DNA of 64,000 nt from Selaginella moellendorffii (Eukaryota > Plantae > Lycopodiophyta): contig NW_003314287.1 of the NCBI RefSeq assembly GCF_000143415.4, positions 1,571,514 through 1,635,513 on the forward strand, given 5' to 3'. This document shows positions 1-10,389 of the stretch, in pieces. The notes beneath the pieces are model-generated. The model was not told the origin of the DNA, searched no databases, and saw only the letters and a program-made list of their open reading frames with translations. Made by a program: the position numbers and the translations under genes. Every line of letters starts with the position of its first letter. The stretch's first letter is position 1.

Positions 1-86
1 ATTCTGTTCAAAAGGTGGTGGCTCCGTTTCCTGCAAACCAGGGCAATTAGAACAAGACAGTTGACAAGAACAAAACTTGTCACCTT

Positions 87-1398
87 TTAGCACTTGAGTG
101 TGACTCGGCTTGGATAGAAGAGTAACAGGTCGAATAGAACTCGCCAGCATTCGTAGTTCTCCTTGACGGACTTCGTTTCGTGGTCTGCCATCTCCTTGCA
201 ATGTACCACCAGACTCGGGATTTTATGAACTTCAAGAAAAGCCTTGAACAAGCTGATATCAGGCGCCGCATAGCGGAAGTCCAAGTCCGCCCAGAGATGG
301 ACATGGAGCGCCTCTAATCTCATGTCTCCTCCTACAAACGACTGCAAGAGCCAAGGGAATCATAAAAAGAAGGAAAAGGGAAAGAAAAATGAAGCATACC
401 ATCATAGCCAGGCCATAGAAATGGATCCTCTTCAAGTTGATGAGTGGAGCCAGGAAATTGTCAATCCTTGTCTTTCCAGTGCTCCTCAGCCCAAGGTGGA
501 GCACCGTGACCATGGGCGTGAACTGGAACACGTTCGCAACATTCTCCAGCGCCCAGTTTCCAGTTATCCTCAAGCTTTGCAGCAAATCACACCGGTTCTC
601 GAGCTCGCAGGAGGAGAAGAGCTCCAGCGAGCTCAAGTTCTTCGATAGGAAATGGATGCTCAGCCTGGCGCTTCTCGAGGGAAGGTTGCCAAACACAAAG
701 CTGGCCAGCCTTGGCGCGTTGAGAACCACCTTGAACGCATCGCCATCCCTCCAGCAGCCGAAAAGCCTGAGAGTTCTCAAGCTGGCGCTCGAGACCGTGA
801 GAGCTGGCCTGGAAACGTCCCCAAAGAAGTCGACGCTCAGATTCTCCAGAGCCGGGGACGCTGCGAGGAGCGCCTCGAGCAGCAAATTCGTCACGTTGAT
901 CGCCTTGGAGAATCGGCAGTAGCGCAAGCTCTGGAAGGGAGATTCATCCACCACCGGCAGCAAGTTCTTGCTGTAAAACCTCCCGACTATCTGGACGCCC
1001 CGGAGAGTGTCCAAGCGCAGCACCGAATTCCATACAGCCGGCCCCCAGCGCAGAGAAACGGTGGCCTCGAGCCAAAGAGCAGTGAGGGAATCGGCCCACA
1101 TAAGCCAGTGCCCGGTAGCTTCGGACGGCTCATCGCACCTGAGAGAGACCTTGAGCGTCTTGAGGCATCCGGGAGCTCTGTTCTTGGTGCGGCGGAGCAC
1201 AGCGGCGATGACGTCTTCCTTCTCCCTCACCTCCTCCTTGCTGCGAGCCCTAAAATCGAAATGCAAGCCTGTGACAGCCCAGCGCAGCTCCTGCCATCGC
1301 TTGCACACCAGCGAGCACTGCGCAATCCGCCGCGCATCCGCGACCCTGGACAAGATTTCGACGAGCGCGCCATCGTCCAGCTCCACGCTTCGCCGCAT
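87..1398 (-). CDS. F-box/LRR-like protein, 2 exons (1398-400, 341-87)
   Basis: N-terminal F-box (LDDGALVEILSRV...CSLVCKRWQEL) followed by degenerate LRR-like repeats; GT-AG intron 342-399 joins the two ORFs in frame. Confidence 0.8.
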
Positions 1399-1434
1399 TT
1401 CCTTCCCAAAAGAAAAAGTAAAACGACTCCAACC

Positions 1435-1443
1435 AAAAAAAAA
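1435..1443 (-). terminator. Pol III oligo-T terminator of tRNA-Asn
   Basis: T9 on the minus strand starting 16 nt after the tRNA 3' end. Confidence 0.8.
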
Positions 1444-1459
1444 GGATCAATTTATACTT

Positions 1460-1533
1460 CGCTAGAAGGAGGGCTCGAACCTCCGACCTTGTGGTTAACA
1501 GCCACACGCTCTGACCAACTGAGCTACTCCAGC
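1460..1533 (-). tRNA. tRNA-Asn(GTT)
   Basis: Reverse complement GCTGGAGTAGCTCAGTTGGTCAGAGCGTGTGGCTGTTAACCACAAGGTCGGAGGTTCGAGCCCTCCTTCTAGCG: 74-nt cloverleaf, GTT anticodon, A and B boxes. Confidence 0.97.
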
Positions 1534-1682
1534 TTTTTGTGACATCCCCTACAACCATTTAAAATTTAAATTTCTCTCAACCTTCACAAAGTTTAAATGG
1601 TCATAATCTTTAAAAATTCTACGAGTAAAACCTTATTGTGATCATTTCTTTTGCTATGGTACAAAATAAACATATGGGTTGA

Positions 1683-2729
1683 TCATAGGTAGATTGCTCC
1701 TGCGACTCCCACTGCCGGGCCGATAAACGTTGTTGGAAGCAAAACGTCCACAAAGCATCCCAGCGGGCCACCGATGAACGGGACTTTCTTGACGACGCTC
1801 TTGGCCATATGGACGAGCATGACGCCGCCCAGCATGAACAGTCCCAGCCTCTTGCCTCGATCCAAAGCTACCCGCTTGATCAGCCGCCGGGCCAGCTGCT
1901 CGAATCTGTCGATGTCGATTGGCACGTCCACGATCTCTGGCGAAGTGTCGTACTCGAGGATCGCTTCCAGGTCCTCCTGCTCCACCGGCCGGAAGAGAAG
2001 CTTGCCGGGCTTTGGATCCAGTTCTTCCGCGAGCGTCTGGAAGGAGATAGAAGATCGTCAGTAAGGAATCTAAGCACTACTACCAAGCAAGCAAGGAATT
2101 GGATCTGATTTGTAAAACCCAGCTTCAAACATAAGCAAGACCATCCTGGAGTTCTGCAAAAGAAAGGCATCCTAGAAAGGAGAAAGAGCTTCAATGCTTC
2201 CACGACACAGTTCCAATGTGAAAAACACTCTAGAACTACAACAATCTTGCAATGTAAGACGCGAAACACGAAATAAGCAAAGCATCGAAGAAAAAATCCA
2301 GAGAAGAAAGAGCTTGAATGCTTCTACAACACAGAATGGAAGGTTCCACTGTGGAAAAGCTCGAGAAGTACAACAATCTTCCAATGTGAACTACGAAAAG
2401 AAGACGCGGGAGAACAGAGAACACGAGATCAACAAGCCCGTGAAGCAAAGAGCACGGATTTTCACGAAAGAAAGACATCTAAAACTGGATTTCGCGAGAT
2501 TTACCTGGAGAAAGAGGCGCAGAGCTGACAGGAGGCATTCCTTGGGGATGACCGACGCCGGCGGCGGCTCTTGGAAGCGGATGAATGCGGCGTGGACGGC
2601 GGTGAGGTAGCGCGTGGAGCCATCGAGCAGGCGGTCGACAGCATCCGCCACGCTCCCGCTTCCCTGGAAGAATGGCGCGCGCTCCTGCTTCTCCGTGTCG
2701 TCCTCCTCGTCTCTCACAGACGACGCCAT
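1683..2729 (-). CDS. Uncharacterised protein with hydrophobic, Gly-rich C-terminus, 2 exons (2729-2505, 2036-1683)
   Basis: MASSVRDEED...LRLFLQ spliced (CAG|GTAA...TTCCAG|) in frame to TLAEELDPKP...GVAGAIYL*. Confidence 0.65.
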
Positions 2730-2961
2730 GATCAAGAAGAAGATTTTAGGGCTTTTTCCCCCTCTCCGACGTGGCAAAATAAGCCTATGACATGGCGTAA
2801 AGCTCACCCCTAAAAGATCTCCACCTCTATGACATGGATTGCGTGTATAAAAACGTTGAATGACGTGGCGGCACAAGATCGCCTGGCGTGGCAAAAGCGC
2901 GCCAGCTCAGCGTATAAGACGCATATTCACGAGGGATTCTATCTCTTTGGCCAGAGGACCT

Positions 2962-4953
2962 ATGGCGCATCCTCTACTGGCGCTATCGATTCCATCGGCG
3001 CCCGTCTCGGCTTCCTCCTCCTCCTCCTCCGACGCTCACATTCTCCACTCCACAGGTTCGTCGTCGCCGCTCCTCACAGCGTTTCAATCGCCGGCTCCAT
3101 CCGGGAGGATTGCTGCTGCTCCGGGCCCTTCCAGGGTTTCGCTCGCAGGGTTTTGCCCGTGCGCTAGGCAGGGGATTAGGGTTGATGCGGCCGCTGGTGG
3201 CCGCGGCAGGGTTTCGGCATTCCTGGACAATGACGCTGTCGATCTCAATCCCTCCTCGATGGTGCCCGTGATGAGGAAGGAATTTGGTGCCTTTGGCGGT
3301 GGCGCGACGCTGGAAAAATCCAAGCTTGACCTCTCGTCCACGTCTTCGACCAAGTCCAGGCCTCAGGCAAGCGAGCTCTTTTTTATTCTTTCGTAGCTGA
3401 TGAAGAAGAAAAAAATGTTGTTGTTCTTTTCAGCTAGAGGACGGTGACAATGGTGGAAACATTGGCAAAGGAAACAGGCATGGCGGTGGTGATAGCGGCG
3501 ACGATGGTGGAGACGACGACGCTTATTTCGGTGATGGTGACGAAGAAGAAGATGGTGGAAACGATGGTCTCTTTGGCAAACGAATAATTGTTCCAGAGGT
3601 ACGAGAGATCCTTGGAATGAGAAAGCTGACTTTGTTCTCTTCCTAAACAGATTTTCGACCGGAAAATCCTGGAGGCAGTGATGAAGGAATGGTACCGAAC
3701 TATGAGTGACTTGCCTCTTGGTTTCAAGCAGGCTTTTGAGCTGGTAAGCAAAAGCTTAAATGGTCGCTCGCTCGTCTGACTGTCTGTGTCAAAAGGGATT
3801 GGTGAGCTCCGCGCAACTCGTGAGATTCTTTTCAATGAGTGCCAGGCCAACGTTCTCAAGGGCGCTCTACAGACTGTTTCCTCCATCGCTTCCAAGGTTG
3901 TAACTTACCATTTCTTTCTCTCTGAACTTTGTTTTTCTGAGCCTGTTGTCTTGGTTTTTGACAGAATGCTTGCAGATCCAAGCTGGTATCCTTACAAAAT
4001 ATGCTTGGAGCAACTCGCTACCATTGGTTACGGATGTTGGTGGGAGTACCAGCGTCGGGGTGAAAGGTGAGCTCGTCGCTCTTCTTCTTTTTCTGTGTAT
4101 GTTTGATTGAATCAATTTTTGTGCACAGGATCAAGGACGAGTGGGATTTGGCTCTATGCAACGTCCTCACTCTCGCGGCTTGTAACTTAGCCGTTGTTTG
4201 GTCGCTCGCGCCGACAAGGTCCTACGGCTCAACCTTCAAGTACGAGTTTCAGAACGTTCTACAGAAGCTTCCCAACAACATCTTCGACAAGAGCTACTCC
4301 ATGCGGAATTACAACATGGGGCAGAGGCTCTGCAGCTTTTTCTACAAGGCAGGTGTGCTTGGCTTTTTCGGTGCCTTCCTTGGAGCTGCTGGAGCGGGAT
4401 TGTCAAAGGCTTGCATTACTTTGAGAAAGCAGCGGTATGGTTTCCAAGACTTTTATGTTTGGTTCTGATGTACATATCATTGGCTGGCCTGTCTGTAGTG
4501 GTGCGAGCGACGAGTCTTCGGTGCCTTTGCCTTCGGTCCAAACAAGTGCTCTCGGCTATGGTGCTTTCCTTGGCTTATCCGGAAACTTGAGATACCAGCT
4601 GGTCTACGGAGCGGAACGCGCGATGCAAGAGCATCTCAATCACCTGGGCGTTGTGATCCTTTGCAGCTCCGCTTTGAGGTACGCACAAAAGCATGGTTTG
4701 TGAGTGGAAATTCAACTTTGTTTTTTTTCTGTATAGGCTGCTGTCGATTCGCGTAGGCGATGCCAGTCGAGTAGCTCTCCTCGGTTTGGATTCCGACGCG
4801 AAGAAGGCCCGAGATGGGAAAGCGTACCGCCGGCCTTCTCTCCCGTCCATGGAGTCCCTCAAGAACGGCTTCTCCATGTCCGGTTTGCTCGATGCCAAGA
4901 AGGATATCTTCGCAAAGAGGAAAGTCAAGAGGAGAGTTATGGCCGTGCAATAG
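2962..4953 (+). CDS. DUF3411 / RETICULATA-related plastid envelope protein, multi-exon
   Basis: Ser-rich transit peptide, Gly/Asp-rich linker, motifs IFDRKILEAVMKEW, RMLADP, IKDEWDLALCNVL, LQKLPNNIF, ALGYGAFLGLSGNLRYQL; short introns, first one GC-AG (3367-3433). Confidence 0.88.
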
Positions 4954-5763
4954 ACGAGGATCCACCACCGCCGGAAGAGGTGCTACGTTTATTTCTCTTT
5001 ATTTCTTACGGCCAGCTTTTTCTCATCGTCTGGCCGCCGCAAAGAACGTGAGGTGTTTTCGCTGCGCAACTCTTCTTTTTTTTTTTTTTGTGAAATAAGA
5101 GAGGTGTTCTACGTGGAATTAAATCCACCGGCCATGCAAGTGATGGAAAGTTTGGAAAGTCAAGAAAAGGAGGAAACAGTTCGATCGACGTTGGCCAGTC
5201 GGCGTTTCATGAAGTCACAGCTTTTTACGTGGAAATACGTACTTCTATTCTTTTTTGTTAAGAGTTTGCCGAATCACCAGCTCTAAGACACTACGGTCTC
5301 TGTCCTAAGCTTGAATGATGTAATCACGACTCTTTCGTGGAGTAGCGCTATAGCCGAAGAATCGGCCATAGCTGGAAGCACAGTGCCAAGTTCCCGGGAA
5401 GAATTTCACTTCACTACGAATTGGACGAAGCAACGAAACGTGTTCTTGACCACAAAAGTAAAAAGCTCGTTCGCGCGAACGTTCGCTCCGAAGGCTCAAT
5501 CCAATCCAACAAGCGTGCAACAAAAAGGTGGTGGCGGCCATCGTCATGGAGCACAAGTAAACCCAAAATGTACGATCGATGGGATTGATCCACCACAACC
5601 ATGGAAGACAAATAAAACTTTGACGTTATGGAGGGACCATAGCAAAGAATCTCTTTCTTTTGGTGGGGAGAAAAGAATCATCTATGTACAAATTTGTTGT
5701 TCCCCCGTGTCCACAGCTTAGAAACTTATCTTCTCGAAACTTTTCTTCCCGCAAATCGAACGC

Positions 5764-7818
5764 TCAATGCCGCAACTGGACGGTAGTCACGCCACTCAGC
5801 GCGGTGCTAAAGCTCCTCTCCGACCTGTGGAGGATCCTCAGCAGCGAGCTCGCCTTCCTCTTAGCTCGCGGCGTCCCAACCGTGATGAGATTGTAGAGCG
5901 CCGGGACGGTGGCCGAGATCTTGAGCAGCTGGTTGACGATGGTGTCACTGCCACTCCGGCACAGCGCCAGGAGAACCGCGGTGGAGTTCTCCTTCCCTTT
6001 GGACGATCCCATCCTCAGCAGTCCCACCAGCAGAGGAATCGCCCCTGTTCCACTTAGTGCCAGGAGTCCCTCGGAGGAGCTGGCCAGTAGAGCTAACACC
6101 GCCAGCGCGTCGTCGGTGATGTCCGCGTCCTCGGTGAGTAGCTCCACCAGCAAAGGCACCGCGCCAGCCGCGATGATCCTGCCTTTGTTGCCGTGGTACA
6201 CTGCCAAGTTGAAGAGCGCGGTCGCGGCATCGCGCTTCCCCCGCGCGCTGCTCCCTTCTCGCAGCAGCGCGATGAGAGACGTGAACGTTTCGCTCTTGCT
6301 GCCGATCAGGACCTTGTACTCGTCCACCACGGACAGGCTGAACAGCGTCGCCGCGGCATTCTCTCGAGACTCCACCGTGCTGCCCGACTTGAGCACCGCC
6401 AGGATCGGATCCACTGCCCCGGCCGAGACGATGAGCTTCTTGTTGGCGTCGCAGATGGATAAGTTGAGGATGGCCGTGATGGCGTTCTCCTGCGTCTTCG
6501 CGTCCCGCGATGAAAGCAGCGGCACCAAGAACGGGATCGCTCCTGCCTCGGCGATGCAAACCCGGTTGTCCGTTCCACATTTGGCCAGCAGCCTGAGCTC
6601 GTATGCCACTTGCTTTTGGACCTCTGGCGGGCCTGACGCAAGCTTGCCAACCAGAAAAGCTGCCGTGAGCTTTGTAGCTTCCAGAGCAGCTCGTGTGCTC
6701 ACGAGATTGTCCACCGAGAGCGTTGGCTTGTTGCCGCTGGCGTGGGAGTTGTATGGAACTTTGTGATCCTCGCACCACTGCCGAATCAGACTCCTCAGCG
6801 CGTGATTCGGAATCACGTTGACGTGCGCTAGCTTCTGTCCGCTCTTCGGGCACGTCGAGTGGCCCGAGTCGATCCACCTCTGGATAGATACGCGGTCGTA
6901 TGTCTGGCCTGACGAGATGATCACCGGGTCTTGCATCAGCTCCAGGCTTATCGGGCATTTGAATTCGTCCGGGACGTCGGATCCGGTCGCTTGTACCGCT
7001 GCGTCGTTGCTGGCCTCCACAGTGGTGGCCTCCACTTCGAGAGTCTCTTCTATGCACACGCCGAAGAGCACGCACTTGCAGTAACGCCCAAAGCTGATCA
7101 AGTTCTTGATGCTGATGAGCGCTGCCATGTCGCCACCCGTGGACAAGCTCTCCATCTCCTCCTCCAAAAGATAGAGCTCCCTTTGGAGCTCGGAGCATGT
7201 GTCGATCTGGAGGCTCTCGAAGAAGCTCCTCACTCTGACCTCGTCGGGCGTTTCCTTGCTCTCCACTTCACTCAGCATGCCCAACACCTCGGCACGCATC
7301 TTCTCGTCGGACGCCTCGTAGATGGGCGTCGATCGCTTGGACTGCAATCTAAGCAGCTCCACCTGTTCCTTCACCTCCACGGAGATCTCCAAGAGATCAA
7401 GAGGGAGCCCGGATAGCTCCGACGCGATCTCCTGCGTGAGCTCGTAGAATTGCTCCGACACCCTTCGTGTTTGCATGAGCAACCATAGCCGGCTTCCTTC
7501 CCTGCACTCGTCAAGGAGCAATTTTGCCCTCTGGATCGTGAGATGGAGCTCCCGGAAGGCCAACACCGCGGAGGGCGGCAGCGTTGGATGGCAGTCCTTG
7601 ATCTCCTCGAACAGAGGGCCGAGGAGCTTGATCCGGCGCACGATGTTGGACTGATTGCGCTGCTGGATCATCCTCGGCCGCTCGTAGAACCCGACCTCTT
7701 GCGCGAGATTATAGAGCTCCTTGACGAGGCTGAGCGCGCTGGGACTGGGAGGCGGCGGCATCAGCGCCATGACCAGTCGCCTCCTCTTGCTAAACGGCGA
7801 TGGCTTCCGTTGCATCAT
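5764..7818 (-). CDS. U-box/ARM-repeat E3 ubiquitin ligase (PUB16/17-like), intronless
   Basis: UND N-terminal domain, U-box (VPDEFKCPISLELMQDPV...GQTYDRVSIQRW...TCPKSGQ), ARM repeats (ELRLLAK, ENAAATLFSL, GKRDAATALFNL). Confidence 0.93.
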   Translation of the reverse strand: MMQRKPSPFSKRRRLVMALMPPPPSPSALSLVKELYNLAQEVGFYERPRMIQQRNQSNIVRRIKLLGPLFEEIKDCHPTLPPSAVLAFRELHLTIQRAKLLLDECREGSRLWLLMQTRRVSEQFYELTQEIASELSGLPLDLLEISVEVKEQVELLRLQSKRSTPIYEASDEKMRAEVLGMLSEVESKETPDEVRVRSFFESLQIDTCSELQRELYLLEEEMESLSTGGDMAALISIKNLISFGRYCKCVLFGVCIEETLEVEATTVEASNDAAVQATGSDVPDEFKCPISLELMQDPVIISSGQTYDRVSIQRWIDSGHSTCPKSGQKLAHVNVIPNHALRSLIRQWCEDHKVPYNSHASGNKPTLSVDNLVSTRAALEATKLTAAFLVGKLASGPPEVQKQVAYELRLLAKCGTDNRVCIAEAGAIPFLVPLLSSRDAKTQENAITAILNLSICDANKKLIVSAGAVDPILAVLKSGSTVESRENAAATLFSLSVVDEYKVLIGSKSETFTSLIALLREGSSARGKRDAATALFNLAVYHGNKGRIIAAGAVPLLVELLTEDADITDDALAVLALLASSSEGLLALSGTGAIPLLVGLLRMGSSKGKENSTAVLLALCRSGSDTIVNQLLKISATVPALYNLITVGTPRAKRKASSLLRILHRSERSFSTALSGVTTVQLRH

Positions 7819-8404
7819 CGATCTTGCTTTGCTTTAGAACCCTACCTCCGCGCAATCTAGAGAACCCCTGCAGCCAAATGTACCTCGATCGATCGATTCT
7901 AGCGGCTAGAACATCGATTCACTCCAGAGCAGAGCTAGCAATCTGCGCGGCAGCGCGTGTGGCGGCGGCCCTCTTCCTCTTGGGAAATATTTGAAATGGG
8001 CAAAGGAGAGAAAGCCCTCTCTATATAAATGATCCCATACGTTGAATAGAGCGGCGATTGACGGCTGGGATCCTTCCCAGCGGCGGTGGCGATTTACCGC
8101 GCCCACGTCGATCCGACGGCTGGCGCTCGCTAAGGTCGGCTATGTGCGACATGGCATGAAATTTGGGCCAGGTCCCATGCACTGTTTGCTTTACATCGCG
8201 TGGAGGGCCGGGCTTGCGAATTGTGGCCCACCTAGATTTGGCCAATTCCAACACCCCCTGGAGCGGCGTCCAAATGGTAACGTTTGGAGGCACGATCGAT
8301 TAAAAATAGCATAACCCGCGCATAAACCACGTGTTGTAAGGCGTGCGCCCACGTTGTGTATGGATACGCTCGTTTAGTAGCTCGACGTGCTTAACAATGC
8401 CCCG

Positions 8405-8540
8405 GAATTATTTTAATGTAATGCGTGGTTAGCCACAACGTGGAAGCGTTCCATGACGGGATTATTCTAAATGTGATGCGTGGAAGCGTTGCATGACGGG
8501 ATTATTTTAATATAATGCGTGGTTAGGCACTACGTGGAAG
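8405..8540. repeat. Degenerate ~40-55 bp tandem repeat upstream of the PUB gene
   Basis: Three units starting attatt(t/c)taa...tgcgtgg; two end in aagcgtt(c/g)catgacggg; two carry ACGTGG. Confidence 0.7.
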
Positions 8541-9242
8541 ACGAGAGCGCAAACCTCCAGGAGGAAAATGGAGAAGGCCCGGACAAGCAAAGCCAGTCCA
8601 AATGCAAGAAATCTTAGTAAGCAAACAAGAGAATAGTGGAAGATGGCATTTGGGCGTGACAATTGTCGCATGGGTTGATGAACCCTAATTGGCGGCCGGC
8701 AAGTTGGCCGTCGGTGGTTTTGGTCGACGACACCGACCATGTTGGTTGAGACGTGATTTGCATCTTCTTTTTCCTTTCCGCGCAATTGACGGATTGATCT
8801 GGTGTTGTTGGATTGCACTTTTGTTTGCTGTGGCACCAAACTCAAACAGTTGACCTTGATGATCTTGAGCAAAAGTCAAAAACACGTCTGCAAGCCACAA
8901 ACATTTACAGAAGCGATTGTCAAATGTCAACTGCGTGAGGCTTCGCTCCGAGGCGCACTAGACTCTAATAGCCGACTTCAACCACGGTTGAAGTCAACGT
9001 GGCGCCACCCCTGTTTCAAACGTGGGGTCAAAGAAACAGAGATTCCATTCAAGATGCTCTGATTCCCTTGCGAATGTCTGTACAAAAAACTTGGAAGACC
9101 TGTGGAGGGCAGCAGGGAATCGCAGTGATGGAGCAGCAAGAAACCACAGTGTCGATGGATTGCCACAAGTTTCTTACGAGATCCTCATTGTAGGCCCGAC
9201 ATTGATCCAAAGACTAGCGGAAAAAAATCGTTTGTATCGTGA

Positions 9243-10295
9243 TCACGAAGATGTTCTGATCAACACAAGTGTCTGGAGCATTATCTGGACAAGGGCGCCG
9301 TACACAGCACTCGCGTAGTGCATGCCATCGCCCGTACACCCTCTCCCACACAAGGAGCTCACCTCCTTCACGTCCAACACCCTGAAATCCCCGCCGGGGA
9401 GCGTGAGATTGCTCCTGCCCAGCTCCTCGTCGTAGCGAGACAGCAATGGCGCAGTCATCTTCTCGCGCTTGGCCGCGGTGTTGAGAAGCCCGGGCACCAG
9501 CACCGGAAGATTCAGCCAGAACAAGTGTGGCGCGCGTAGCGATCGAGCTGCCGCCGCCAAATCTCTCAAGCTGGCGCCGTAGTCGGATGGATCCGAGACG
9601 TGCAACATGTGCCACAGCCCGGCTCCCGCGATGATCACGTCCGGAGAGCGAGAGCGCGCGCTTGATCCTGATCCATTCCCGGAATGCTGGAGCTCGAGAA
9701 GCTTGCTGGTTAAGTTGGCGGCGTATGGAGCCCAGAAGAAATCCACTCTGAGGTGCTCGTCTTCCAGGGTGTGGGAGAAGTCACTGTGGAACTTGAAGAG
9801 CTGGGATCTCAATGGCGCCGGATCCTCCAGCAGCAGCTCCAGCAGCGAGAGAAGGAAGTACCGAGCTTGGGAGTCGCCAGCCACGACAATCCACGTCCCG
9901 GACAGGAACTCGAGCGCCTCCTCCCTGTGGAGCTCTCGGAACTTGCAGGCAGAGATGGCGGCGGATCTCTTCCTCGTCCAGGCCCAGCGGATCTTCTCCT
10001 CGTCGTCGCTATCGTCGAAGAAATTGATGGCGTAGAGGGAGTGGAGGCAGCCGAGATTGGAAGAAGGCGAAGAGGAGGAGGAGAGGACGAGCGAGGAGAT
10101 GGTGGAGTGGAAGGAGGAGACGAGGCGCGAGAGGGATGGCGCGTAGGGAAGAATGTGGACGGCGGCGGCGAGGATGATGAAGAAGATGGTGCTGAAGAAG
10201 AGGACCCTGTTGCGTGTGATGTGCCAGCCCGCCATGGCGAGCGGCGCGAACACCACAATGCTGGCCGCCAGCAGCCCCGCCGCTGCCATCACCAT
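9243..10295 (-). CDS. AXY9: ALTERED XYLOGLUCAN 9-like polysaccharide O-acetylation factor (SGNH-like)
   Basis: Two N-terminal TM segments (PLAMAGWHITRNRVLFFS), GDSQAR motif, GLWHMLHV, LFWLNLP, C-terminal DGMHY (DxxH); intronless. Confidence 0.85.
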   Translation of the reverse strand: MVMAAAGLLAASIVVFAPLAMAGWHITRNRVLFFSTIFFIILAAAVHILPYAPSLSRLVSSFHSTISSLVLSSSSSPSSNLGCLHSLYAINFFDDSDDEEKIRWAWTRKRSAAISACKFRELHREEALEFLSGTWIVVAGDSQARYFLLSLLELLLEDPAPLRSQLFKFHSDFSHTLEDEHLRVDFFWAPYAANLTSKLLELQHSGNGSGSSARSRSPDVIIAGAGLWHMLHVSDPSDYGASLRDLAAAARSLRAPHLFWLNLPVLVPGLLNTAAKREKMTAPLLSRYDEELGRSNLTLPGGDFRVLDVKEVSSLCGRGCTGDGMHYASAVYGALVQIMLQTLVLIRTSS

Positions 10296-10389
10296 CGATA
10301 CATGAAAGAATTTCACCTCCGATCCAGATCACAAGAAACCCTAGGAGGAAGAACCCTAGAACTCTAGCACAGAGAATCCCCATTGATTC

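Noticed and set aside
652-1542. 296-aa plus-strand ORF, and similar long ORFs at 5909-6766, 5945-7198, 29512-30168 and 50151-50915
   Set aside because: Antisense or alternate-frame shadows of GC-rich real genes; no recognisable domains.
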